Shown one piece after another: positions 54,464 to 62,930 of a stretch of DNA of 64,000 nt. The DNA comes from Gemmatimonadales bacterium (lineage in GTDB: Bacteria > Gemmatimonadota > Gemmatimonadetes > Gemmatimonadales > GWC2-71-9). The DNA lies in contig DASWEL010000006.1 of NCBI GenBank assembly GCA_036394755.1, positions 4,475 to 68,474 on the forward strand, read 5' to 3'. The translations under genes were made by a program, and so were the position numbers. Within the stretch, counting starts at the first letter, position 1; every line of letters begins with the position of its first letter. Under the pieces are notes generated by a model, which was not told the DNA's origin, did not search any database, and saw only the letters and a program-made list of their open reading frames with translations.

Positions 54464-55830
54464 CGCACTGGCGGTGGAACCGCGATGCCTCCCCGGGGTG
54501 CGGTGTCACCGCCCGCCACCGGCAGGCTGTCGCGCACGGAAGCCGGGAGACGCGTCAGCGCGATTCGGTCGTGATCCGGTGGAGGCGTCAGCAGCACCCG
54601 GTCGTTCTCCTCGAGGCCGCGCACGATCACCACTTCGTCGTCGTTCATCGGTCCGGTGATCACTTCCTGTTTCACGATGCGTCCACCGTCCTGGCGATAC
54701 ACGAACGGGATGCCGCCCGCGCTGCTCACCGCTTCGAGCGGTACGAACAGCGCCACATTGAGCTTGAGGGTCTCAATCGCGTTCCCCGTCGTCATCCCGG
54801 GACGCAGCGTCGTGTCGGAGCCCTGGACCGTCACCTTCACCTCGAAAACCTTCGCGTCGGCGTTCGGCCGCTGTTCACCGACGTTCGCGACAGTCCCCAC
54901 GCTTCCGGTGAGGCGCTTGGTAGGATCGGCATCCAGCGTGAGCGTCACGGGCTGGCCGACGGCAAGCTTGCGCACGTCGATTTCGTTGACGTAGGTGACC
55001 GACTCCATTTGCGTGAGGTCCGGCAGCGTGGCAACACCCGGCTCCCACGCGTTCACCTGCGAGCCGGTCGTGCGCTTGCGGCCATTCCATTCTTTCACGT
55101 AGATCACCATCCCGGGCGCCGGCGCGCGGATCGTAAACCCCGCCATCACGTCCTGCACCACCTTCAGCAGATTGCGCTGCCGCTGGAGATCAGCGCCAAC
55201 CTCGCGCATCTTCGCGCGCGCCTGCTCGGTCTTGGTCTCGTAGTCCGACCGGGCCTGGGTCAGCGCGCGGTCCGCCCGTTCGTAGTCGATCGCGGCCTGG
55301 CGCTGCACCGTCGGCGCCTCGTAGACCGCCTGCTCCTTGGCGAGACGTTTCTCCTCCAGCGCCAACTCCATCGTGCGAATGTTCTCGCGTGCGGTCGACA
55401 GCGTCAGGGTGGAGTCGAGCATCGCCTGCTCGTACTGCGCCTCCGCTTTCTGGAGGGCGAGGCGCGTCTCGTCAAGCTTGTTCGCCAGGGTCGAGCGGTC
55501 GAGCTCCGCGACCACATCGCCCTGTTTTACAATCGTGCCTTCCGGCACGATGGACTGGATCTTCATTTGCCACGCGCCCGCTTGCTGCGCGCCGGCGGGA
55601 GCGGTGATTTGCACGAACTGCCGCGCCCGCAACTCGCCGGACGTGGTGACCGTGACGGCGAACGGACCACGCTTGACGCGAGCGACGAGGGAATTTTCCG
55701 GGGCTGCGGGACCCCGCGCCAGCAGCCAGGCGCTGGGGACGAGAATGGCTATTCCGATCCCGGTCAGTTGCCGCCGAGTGGGGCGGAACGCCCGCAGCGT
55801 TGCCAGCGAGGGAAGTCGAAGCGCACGCAT
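54460..55830 (-). CDS. HlyD/MacA-type periplasmic adaptor (membrane fusion protein).
   Basis: N-terminal anchor, lipoyl/barrel segments flanking a long coiled coil ('LQKAEAQYEQ...LQRQRNLL'). Shares a 4-nt overlap with the permease gene. Confidence 0.85.
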   Translation of the reverse strand: MRALRLPSLATLRAFRPTRRQLTGIGIAILVPSAWLLARGPAAPENSLVARVKRGPFAVTVTTSGELRARQFVQITAPAGAQQAGAWQMKIQSIVPEGTIVKQGDVVAELDRSTLANKLDETRLALQKAEAQYEQAMLDSTLTLSTARENIRTMELALEEKRLAKEQAVYEAPTVQRQAAIDYERADRALTQARSDYETKTEQARAKMREVGADLQRQRNLLKVVQDVMAGFTIRAPAPGMVIYVKEWNGRKRTTGSQVNAWEPGVATLPDLTQMESVTYVNEIDVRKLAVGQPVTLTLDADPTKRLTGSVGTVANVGEQRPNADAKVFEVKVTVQGSDTTLRPGMTTGNAIETLKLNVALFVPLEAVSSAGGIPFVYRQDGGRIVKQEVITGPMNDDEVVIVRGLEENDRVLLTPPPDHDRIALTRLPASVRDSLPVAGGDTAPRGGIAVPPPVR

Positions 55831-55898
55831 CGTGTTACCTCACGGGAGAGCCGTAAGTTAGACACAATCCAGCCGTTTTCCGTTCCACGCTAGATGGC

Positions 55899-56534
55899 CT
55901 AGGAGCCGCCGAGCCGCCGCGCGACGTCCCGGCTCCACGCCGCCTGCTGGTCCGCCAGGAGCCCATGGTTCGTCTCGTCATCGTAACGGCGTTGCTCGGC
56001 CTTCTCCTCCTCGGCAAGTCGCTGCGCCAGGGCGCTCAACTCCGCATCGGTCTTGGCGCAGGGGCGGGCCAGATCCCCAAACGCCCGCTGCATCCGGCGG
56101 GCGTGCACCTCCGCCAGATCGAAATGCGTCTGTTCGTGGCCCAGCACCGTCCGGCGTTGCGTGGTGTCGTTCAGGACGATCGCCTTGACCCACGACTGCC
56201 GCGGCCGGAACCCGGCGATCACCCGAAACTCGAACCCATCACCTCTGCATTTCCAGCCTGAGTACAGCGTGTACGAGATCTTCGCGCCCTCCGCGCCCTC
56301 CGAGGGCGGGGACCCCTGGAAGTCCCTCCAGGCGAGGCGCCGCCCTGCGGACCACGGGAACGCCTGGTCTGCGGCCAGATCGCGCTGCAGCACGTCGCCC
56401 AGCGCATTCGACGCTGCAGCGGACGGCGATCCACGCCTGGAGGGACTTGGGGCCGGGCCCCGAGCAGGAGCCGGGACGGCGTGGCTGGCGCACCCAAAGC
56501 CCAAGAAGAGCAAGACCGCAACGGCGAGTCTCAC
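55899..56534 (-). CDS. Secreted putative zinc-dependent protein (DUF922-like, HExxH).
   Basis: Lipobox-like 'LLFLGFGCA' and 'VLGHEQTHFDLAEVHAR'. The family assignment is tentative. Confidence 0.5.
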   Translation of the reverse strand: MRLAVAVLLFLGFGCASHAVPAPARGPAPSPSRRGSPSAAASNALGDVLQRDLAADQAFPWSAGRRLAWRDFQGSPPSEGAEGAKISYTLYSGWKCRGDGFEFRVIAGFRPRQSWVKAIVLNDTTQRRTVLGHEQTHFDLAEVHARRMQRAFGDLARPCAKTDAELSALAQRLAEEEKAEQRRYDDETNHGLLADQQAAWSRDVARRLGGS

Positions 56535-57007
56535 GGAAGGACCACGATCCGTCCCCGCGGCGGAATCCCCGCCTCGAGCTCCAGAATCCCGACGCTCGGC
56601 GCAATCCCAAACCGGGGCGCGCCTGCGCCACCCGGATTCATCACCGTCACCGTCTTGTCCACCAGCTCGAGCAGCGGCCGGTGACTGTGCCCAAAGATGA
56701 TGATCTCGGCATCAGGAAACGCCTCGTGCAGTTTGGCGGGATTGGGGCTGCCGAACTGATCGCCGTGCGTCACGACGATGGGGAAACCGTCCAGCTCGAT
56801 TTCGGCGACCTGCGGAAGCTGCGCCCGCAAATCGACGCCGTCGCTGTTGCCGTACACCGCCGTCACGGGCGCCAACGCTCGGAGCTCGACCAACAGGTCG
56901 CTGCGCCCGATGTCACCACCGTGCAGGATATGATCGACTTCCTTGAAGATCTCGAACACCTGCGGGCGCAGCATCCCGTGCGTATCCGAGATGACGCCCA
57001 GTCTCAC
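56531..57007 (-). CDS. YfcE/MJ0936-family metallophosphoesterase.
   Basis: 'GVISDTHG', 'HGGDI', 'GNSD', 'THGD' and 'GHSHRP'. Confidence 0.85.
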   Translation of the reverse strand: MRLGVISDTHGMLRPQVFEIFKEVDHILHGGDIGRSDLLVELRALAPVTAVYGNSDGVDLRAQLPQVAEIELDGFPIVVTHGDQFGSPNPAKLHEAFPDAEIIIFGHSHRPLLELVDKTVTVMNPGGAGAPRFGIAPSVGILELEAGIPPRGRIVVLP

Positions 57008-58632
57008 GGCGCTTGCGACGCCGTCACGTAGAAGTTCTCGTCCACGCTCAATTCACCCGCCTGCGCTGAGGCCTCCAAGCTCTGCCACGCTTCGGTAGGC
57101 CGGAGTAGCCGAGTCCCCATTCCCGGAATTTGGACGCGGACCGGCATATCGAATCCCGGGACGACGTTGGCCCAGTGATAGGACAGCGTGGTACCCTGGA
57201 CGCGGAACTCGAACACGGGGATCCTGGTCGTCGTGAGATACTGTGCGAATACCTTACTGAGATCGATTCCCGCTTCGTGGCTGATGTAGTCCTGCACCTG
57301 TTTGCCGGTGACGGTCTGATGGTAGAACGCCTTGTTCAGGCCGCGCAGGATATCGCGCCACCTGGCGTCGTCGTCGATGATCGCCCGGATCGTGTGCAAC
57401 ATGTTCCCACCCTTGGGATACATGTCGCCCGACCCTTGAGCGTTGACACCAAACGCGGGCACGATCGGCCGGTCATTCCGCACTCCCCGGCGCGCGCCGA
57501 TCATGTACGCCGCGCCGGCGCTCTTCCCCAGGCGGCACTCGGTGTAGATCCCCTCGGCGTAATTCGCGAAGCTCTCGTGCACCCACATGTCGGCGTGATC
57601 CTGGGCCGAGATGTTGTTGCCGAACCACTCGTGGGCGCTCTCGTGCACGATGATGAAGTCCCACTGCAGGCCGAGTCCCGTGCCCGACAGGTCGCGGCCC
57701 AGGTAGCCGTTGAGGAAGTGATTGCCGTACGCGACGGCGCTCTGATGCTCCATGCCGAGGTGCGGTGTCTCGACGAGCTTGTAGCCGTCGGCGTACCACG
57801 GATAGGGACCGAACCAATGCTCGAAACAGCGCATCAATGGGGTCACCTGCTGAAACTGGCGGCGGGCCGTGTCGACATGATAGTCGAGCGGCCAGAAGTC
57901 GAGTGTCAGCCGTCCCGCCTCGCCGTTCAGGGTATCGCTGAAATCCGCGTAGTGACCGGCATTGATCGTCACGTCGTAGTTGTTGATCGGACTCGTGACG
58001 AACCACTCGTAGGTCGTGGTGCCGTCGCGATTCTTCGTGGTGCTCCGCAGCCGGCCGTTCGAGACATCGACCAGCGGATCGGGCACCGTGACCGCGATGC
58101 GCTGGCTGTCCGGCTCGTCGGCGAGATAGTCCTTGTTGGGCCACCACACGCTGGCGCCCAATCCTTCGTTCGCGGTCGCGATCCACGGGCGGCCGAGGCT
58201 GTCGGTCGGGAATGTGAATCCGCCATCCCACGGCAGCCGCCGCCCGACCCGAGGCTTGCCGTGATACCACACGGTAATCGTCCGAGCCTCGCCGGGACGC
58301 TGCCGCGCGGTGAGCGTCACGAAGAACGCGTTGCCGTCACGCCGGTAGGTCAGCCTGCGACGGTCCTGCACGATGCTGTCCACGACGAGGGGTTGCTGGA
58401 GGTCGATCTGCATCTCACGCGCCGTTTTAAGCACGCGGTAGGTGATCCCGTTCCACCCGACGATGCTGGAATCCTGCAGGTTCACGCGCGTGTGCAGGTC
58501 GTAGAACTGCACGTCCCACCACGCGCGCGCGGGTCCGTTGGAGCCACGCAGCGTGTCGGCGTGGGTGTAACGCGTCGTGTCCTGCGCCGACCCGATCGAA
58601 ACCAGCGCGAGCCCGGCGGCGAGAAAACTCAT
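57004..58632 (-). CDS. M1-family (aminopeptidase N-like) zinc metallopeptidase, secreted.
   Basis: 'VVHESAHEWFGN...WVHESFANY' (HExxH-x18-E). The ATG at 58632 gives the signal peptide 'MSFLAAGLALVSIGSAQ' and overlaps the upstream stop (ATGA). Confidence 0.85.
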   Translation of the reverse strand: MSFLAAGLALVSIGSAQDTTRYTHADTLRGSNGPARAWWDVQFYDLHTRVNLQDSSIVGWNGITYRVLKTAREMQIDLQQPLVVDSIVQDRRRLTYRRDGNAFFVTLTARQRPGEARTITVWYHGKPRVGRRLPWDGGFTFPTDSLGRPWIATANEGLGASVWWPNKDYLADEPDSQRIAVTVPDPLVDVSNGRLRSTTKNRDGTTTYEWFVTSPINNYDVTINAGHYADFSDTLNGEAGRLTLDFWPLDYHVDTARRQFQQVTPLMRCFEHWFGPYPWYADGYKLVETPHLGMEHQSAVAYGNHFLNGYLGRDLSGTGLGLQWDFIIVHESAHEWFGNNISAQDHADMWVHESFANYAEGIYTECRLGKSAGAAYMIGARRGVRNDRPIVPAFGVNAQGSGDMYPKGGNMLHTIRAIIDDDARWRDILRGLNKAFYHQTVTGKQVQDYISHEAGIDLSKVFAQYLTTTRIPVFEFRVQGTTLSYHWANVVPGFDMPVRVQIPGMGTRLLRPTEAWQSLEASAQAGELSVDENFYVTASQAP

Positions 58633-59054
58633 GGCAGCACGAATACGCGCTCCCCGGCGAACTTCCGTCCCTTGATGTCCCATAGGAAGAAAATTACCAC
58701 GCGAAAGGTGACGCGCTCGCCGGTCGGCGCGCGCTCGAGCCACTTCCCTTTGTGCGTTCCGTTCACCAACGCTTCCTCGCACACGCCCTGCGGCCCGATG
58801 ACGATGCTCTGAAGATCGAAGTGGATGTCGGGAAAGGCACCCAGCAATTCCATATAGAAACGTGTCGCACCCGCGTGGCCCTCCCAGCGGCCGCCGTCGG
58901 GAAGGACTTCGTACACGCAGTCGGGCGTCAACGTCGCAATGAGCCCGGCGATGTCGCGCTTGTCCTCCGCAATCGAATGCGCCTTCCAGAGCGCGCGAAT
59001 CTCGCGATACAGCTCCGGCGTCACCTCGCGCGCGAGCAGCTCCCGGACGTCCAC
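58629..59054 (-). CDS. SnoaL-like / NTF2-fold (ester cyclase-like) protein.
   Basis: 141 aa with '...DIAGLIATLTPDCVYEV...', typical of SnoaL-like domains. The assignment is tentative. Confidence 0.5.
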   Translation of the reverse strand: MDVRELLAREVTPELYREIRALWKAHSIAEDKRDIAGLIATLTPDCVYEVLPDGGRWEGHAGATRFYMELLGAFPDIHFDLQSIVIGPQGVCEEALVNGTHKGKWLERAPTGERVTFRVVIFFLWDIKGRKFAGERVFVLP

Positions 59055-59056
59055 CG

Positions 59057-59659
59057 TCAGCCTTGCCAGGGTTTGATCAATCGAATCTCGAGGCCCACCT
59101 GATCGACGATGCGCTGGACGATGAAGTCGACGAGCTGGCCGATCTCGCTTGGTCGCTGATAGAACCCCGGTGCCGCCGGCATCACGACCGCGCCCGCTTC
59201 GGCCGCCAGCGCCATGTTGCGCAGATGTATGAGCGAGAGCGGTGTCTCCCGCGGGACCAGGATGAGCTTGCGCCGTTCCTTGAGCGTCACGTCAGCGGCA
59301 CGCTCGATGAGTGAGCGGCTCGTACCATGGGCGATCGCAGCCAACGTGCCCATCGAACACGGGCACACCACCATCCCGAGCGTTTTCACCGACCCCGACG
59401 CCGGCTCGGCGCCGCGGTCCGAGTCATTGAAGAGACGCACGCACCCCCAGTCGCCGCCCGTCGCCTCCTTCAGGCCGGCTTCGTCCTTGATGCCGCATTC
59501 TTCGGTGAGCAGGCGCCAGCCATGCGTGGACACCAGCAGCCACGTGGGAACGTGATTGCTCGCGAGAATCTCGAGCAGTCGCACCGCGTACGGCGCGCCG
59601 GACGCGCCGGTGATCGCGAGCACCAGTGGAGCAGAAGGGGTTGCCACGGCCGGAAACAT
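59057..59659 (-). CDS. ubiX: Flavin prenyltransferase UbiX.
   Basis: 'LVLAITGASGAPYAVRLLE', 'VVCPCSMGTLAAIA' and 'KLILVPRETPL'. Confidence 0.92.
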   Translation of the reverse strand: MFPAVATPSAPLVLAITGASGAPYAVRLLEILASNHVPTWLLVSTHGWRLLTEECGIKDEAGLKEATGGDWGCVRLFNDSDRGAEPASGSVKTLGMVVCPCSMGTLAAIAHGTSRSLIERAADVTLKERRKLILVPRETPLSLIHLRNMALAAEAGAVVMPAAPGFYQRPSEIGQLVDFIVQRIVDQVGLEIRLIKPWQG

Positions 59660-59676
59660 AGCGTTAAATCGACCTC

Positions 59677-61827
59677 ATGCTCTCATACACTCGCTGCCTG
59701 GCCTTCGCGGCCTTCGTCCCGACTTTCGTCGTTGCCCAGCAAACCCCGACGACGTCTCCCGCCGCGCCGGCGCTGACACCACCCGTGGCGGCGGAGCGAC
59801 CACATCGCTTCGACGAGTTTGGCACCGTGCGCATCGACCAGTACTACTGGCTCAAAGACCGGAATAATCCGGAAGTCATCAAATACCTCGAAGACGAGAA
59901 TGCGTACACCAAGGCCGTCATGGCGCACACGGAGGCGCTGCAGGGACGACTCTACGACGAGCTGAAGGGGCGCGTGTTGCAGAATGATCAGTCGGTGCCG
60001 TTCCGCGAAGGCAACTACTTCTACTATACGCGGCTCGTAGAGGGGAAGAACTATCCGATCTACGCCCGCAAGCGCGGTTCGGTGAGCGCCCCGGAAGAGA
60101 TCATGATCGACGCCAACGCGCTTGCCGAAGGAAAAGCGACATTCCTGATCAGAGGGTGGGATGTCAGCTCCGGGGAGGATCTGCTCGCGTTCGCGGTGGA
60201 CACCACCGGTGGCCGTGTCAGCTCGATTCGATTCAAGAACCTGCGGACCGGCGAGATGTTGTCCGACGTCGTGCCGCGCTCCATCGGGGGCATTGCCTGG
60301 GCCGAGGACAACCGCACCCTGTTTTACACGAAGCCCGATTCCGTGTCGGTGCGGCCCTATCAGGTGTATCGTCACAAACTCGGCACACCGGCAGCGACCG
60401 ATCAAATGGTGTACGAAGACAAGGATGAGACGTATTACGTCGGCGTCTCCAAGACCAAGTCCCGCGCGTACATCATGATTCAGTCGTCGCAAACGATGGC
60501 GACCGAATACAGCTATATCCGTGCTGACCAGCCCGACGCGCCATTCCGCATCCTGATCCCTCGTGAGCGCGGTCACGAATATTACGCCAACCATTTCGGC
60601 GACTACTTCTACATTCTCTCCAACGACCACGCGAAGAATTTCCGGCTCATGCGCACGCCGGTCGCGCGGCCGGGGCGGGACAACTGGGAAGAAGTCATTC
60701 CGCACCGCGCCGACGTGCTGCTCGAGGATTTCGAGTTCTTCCGCGACTACCTCGTGCTGACCGAGCGCAAGGACGGTCTGGTGCAGCTGCGCGTCCGGCC
60801 GTGGACCCTGGGGGGGCAGAACGAGTACTACCTCGACTTCGGCGAGCCGGCGTACCTCGCCTACGTCAGCACCAACCTCGAGTTCAACACGCCGGTGCTG
60901 CGCTACGGATACACGTCATTGACGACGCCGTCGTCGACCTACGACTACGACATGAAGACGCGCCAGAAGACGCTGCTCAAGCGGGATCAGATCCTGGGCG
61001 GCTTCGATCCGGCGAAATATGTGACCGAGCGGTTTTTCACCACCGCGCGCGACGGTGCGCGCGTGCCTGTCTCGCTCGTGTATCGGAAGGGGATCGCCCG
61101 TCCCGCGCCGTTGCTGCTGACGGGCTACGGGTCGTACGGGTCGAGCTCCGATCCCACGTTCTCGTCGGACCGGCTGTCACTGCTCGATCGCGGCTTCGTG
61201 TTCGCGATCGCGCACATTCGTGGCGGATCGGAGATGGGACGCGCGTGGTACGAAAACGGCCGGCAGCTCCAGAAGAAGAACACGTTCACCGATTTCATCG
61301 ACGTGGCGGACGATCTGATCCGGCGCGGTTACACGGCCTCGAATCGGCTGTTTGCGCGTGGGGCCAGTGCCGGTGGGCTGCTCATGGGCGCGGTCGTGAA
61401 CATGCGGCCCGAGCTGTTCCGGGGCGTCATCGCGGGGGTGCCGTACGTCGACGTCATCACCACCATGTCGGACTCGACGATTCCGTTGACGACCGGTGAA
61501 TACGATGAGTGGGGCAATCCCCATGATTCGACATTCTACCGGTACATGCTGTCGTATTCACCGTATGACAACGTCCAGCGGAAGGCGTATCCGAACCTGC
61601 TGATCACGGCCGGTCTGTATGACACGCAGGTGCTGTATGTCGAACCGGCGAAATGGACCGCTCGGCTTCGCGCGATGAAGACGGATAACAACCGCTTGAT
61701 CCTGCGGACGAATATGGAAGCGGGACACGGCGGCGCTTCGGGCCGCTACAAGCGCTGGCACGACGTGGCGTTCGAGTATGCTTTTTTGCTGGACCTGGCC
61801 GGGCTGGGAGATAAACCGACGCCCTGA
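59677..61827 (+). CDS. ptrB: S9A-family serine peptidase (oligopeptidase B / prolyl oligopeptidase).
   Basis: N-terminal 'YYWLKDRNNPEVIKYLEDEN'. Catalytic Ser 'GASAGGLLMG', Asp 'DTQV' region and His 'GHGG'. Confidence 0.9.
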   Translation: MLSYTRCLAFAAFVPTFVVAQQTPTTSPAAPALTPPVAAERPHRFDEFGTVRIDQYYWLKDRNNPEVIKYLEDENAYTKAVMAHTEALQGRLYDELKGRVLQNDQSVPFREGNYFYYTRLVEGKNYPIYARKRGSVSAPEEIMIDANALAEGKATFLIRGWDVSSGEDLLAFAVDTTGGRVSSIRFKNLRTGEMLSDVVPRSIGGIAWAEDNRTLFYTKPDSVSVRPYQVYRHKLGTPAATDQMVYEDKDETYYVGVSKTKSRAYIMIQSSQTMATEYSYIRADQPDAPFRILIPRERGHEYYANHFGDYFYILSNDHAKNFRLMRTPVARPGRDNWEEVIPHRADVLLEDFEFFRDYLVLTERKDGLVQLRVRPWTLGGQNEYYLDFGEPAYLAYVSTNLEFNTPVLRYGYTSLTTPSSTYDYDMKTRQKTLLKRDQILGGFDPAKYVTERFFTTARDGARVPVSLVYRKGIARPAPLLLTGYGSYGSSSDPTFSSDRLSLLDRGFVFAIAHIRGGSEMGRAWYENGRQLQKKNTFTDFIDVADDLIRRGYTASNRLFARGASAGGLLMGAVVNMRPELFRGVIAGVPYVDVITTMSDSTIPLTTGEYDEWGNPHDSTFYRYMLSYSPYDNVQRKAYPNLLITAGLYDTQVLYVEPAKWTARLRAMKTDNNRLILRTNMEAGHGGASGRYKRWHDVAFEYAFLLDLAGLGDKPTP

Positions 61828-61894
61828 TTCCTAGCGCCCGCGCCGATTCGGCGTTGGGGAGCGTTTCGGGTGAGCGGGTGGGCGTGGAGGATTC

Positions 61895-61999
61895 ACGTGC
61901 GGCGTGCGGCGTGTCGCGCGCGGCGTTGAAGACAGAGGTCGCTTGGTCGAACGACCTTTCCTAGTCATGCCGCACGCCGCGCGGCTCCACGCCGCACGT
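61895..61999. repeat. Second copy of the ACGTGCGGCGTG...CACGCCGCACGT palindromic element, with heptamer-built arms and an internal small hairpin.
   Basis: Termini at 61895-61906 and 61988-61999, followed by TTT. The left arm reads gtgcggc gtgcggc gtgtcgc gcgcggc. An inner stem AGGTCG/CGACCT lies at 61936-61957. Confidence 0.65.
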
Positions 62000-62002
62000 T
62001 TC

Positions 62003-62911
62003 TCATAGCACCCGATCTATCAGAGCACCCAGAAACACGACAATGCTCACGATCCCGTTGGCCGTGAAGAACGCGGCATTGAGTCTGGACAGATCTCCAG
62101 GGCGGACAAGCTGATGCTCCCAGGCGATCAGCCCTGCCCCGATTCCCACGCCGACGAAATAGCCGATGCCCAGGCCGGCGCCGTACCCGAACGCCACGAG
62201 CGCTCCTATGGCGGTGCCATGCAGCAGCTTCGCGACGAAAATGGCCCGCGCCTGCCCCAGCCGCACGACCAGCGAGCGCAACCGCTCGGCGCGATCGAAG
62301 GCTTCATCCTGCAGTGCGTAGAAGATGTCGAACCCCGCGACCCAGCAGGTGACCGCCAGCGCGATCACCAAGAGCAGCCACCACGGCTCACTCCAGGCGC
62401 CCGTGACGGCGACATAGCCGCCGACCGGGGCAATCGCGAGCGCGCCGCCGAGCCAGAGATGCGTCCAGTCCGTGAATCGCTTCGTGTAGCTGTACGTCGC
62501 AATCCAGATCAGGGCGACCGGCGCGAGCGCCGCGCACAACGGATTCAGCGCCCACGCCGCAAAGAGGAACACCACCATCGCGCCGATCACCGCGGCCCAC
62601 GCCTGGCTGATCGTCAGGCGGCCGGTCGGCAGCTCACGGCCCTGGGTGCGCGGGTTTCTGGCGTCGAGGCGGCGGTCCGCGATGCGATTGAATCCCATCG
62701 CGACGAAACGGGCCGCCGTGAACCCCAGAATGACGAGGATCGCGACGCGCCACGTCACCGGTTGCTTATACGACGCGACGATCACGCCGAGCAGTGCGAA
62801 CGGCAGCGCGAAGATCGTGTGCGGGAGTTTGACGAAATTCACATAACGGATGACGAGCGAATCGCCGCCAAAAGTCTGTCCTTCTCGACCCCTACCGCCC
62901 CCTACCGCCAC
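62003..62911 (-). CDS. ubiA: UbiA-family aromatic prenyltransferase. The true start is possibly the downstream GTG giving 'MNFVKLPHTIF'.
   Basis: 'NRIADRRLDARNPRT' (NxxxDxxxD). A second Asp-rich region 'YALQDEAFD'. About 8-9 TM helices. Confidence 0.85.
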   Translation of the reverse strand: MAVGGGRGREGQTFGGDSLVIRYVNFVKLPHTIFALPFALLGVIVASYKQPVTWRVAILVILGFTAARFVAMGFNRIADRRLDARNPRTQGRELPTGRLTISQAWAAVIGAMVVFLFAAWALNPLCAALAPVALIWIATYSYTKRFTDWTHLWLGGALAIAPVGGYVAVTGAWSEPWWLLLVIALAVTCWVAGFDIFYALQDEAFDRAERLRSLVVRLGQARAIFVAKLLHGTAIGALVAFGYGAGLGIGYFVGVGIGAGLIAWEHQLVRPGDLSRLNAAFFTANGIVSIVVFLGALIDRVL

Positions 62912-62930
62912 CTACCGCCCCCTACCGTCG
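62891..62930. repeat. Tandem decamer array (CCTACCGCCN)x4 at the ubiD/ubiA junction.
   Basis: Reads cctaccgccc cctaccgcca cctaccgccc cctaccgtcg. It is flanked by CTCGAC (62884-62889) and GTCGAG (62927-62932). Confidence 0.8.
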
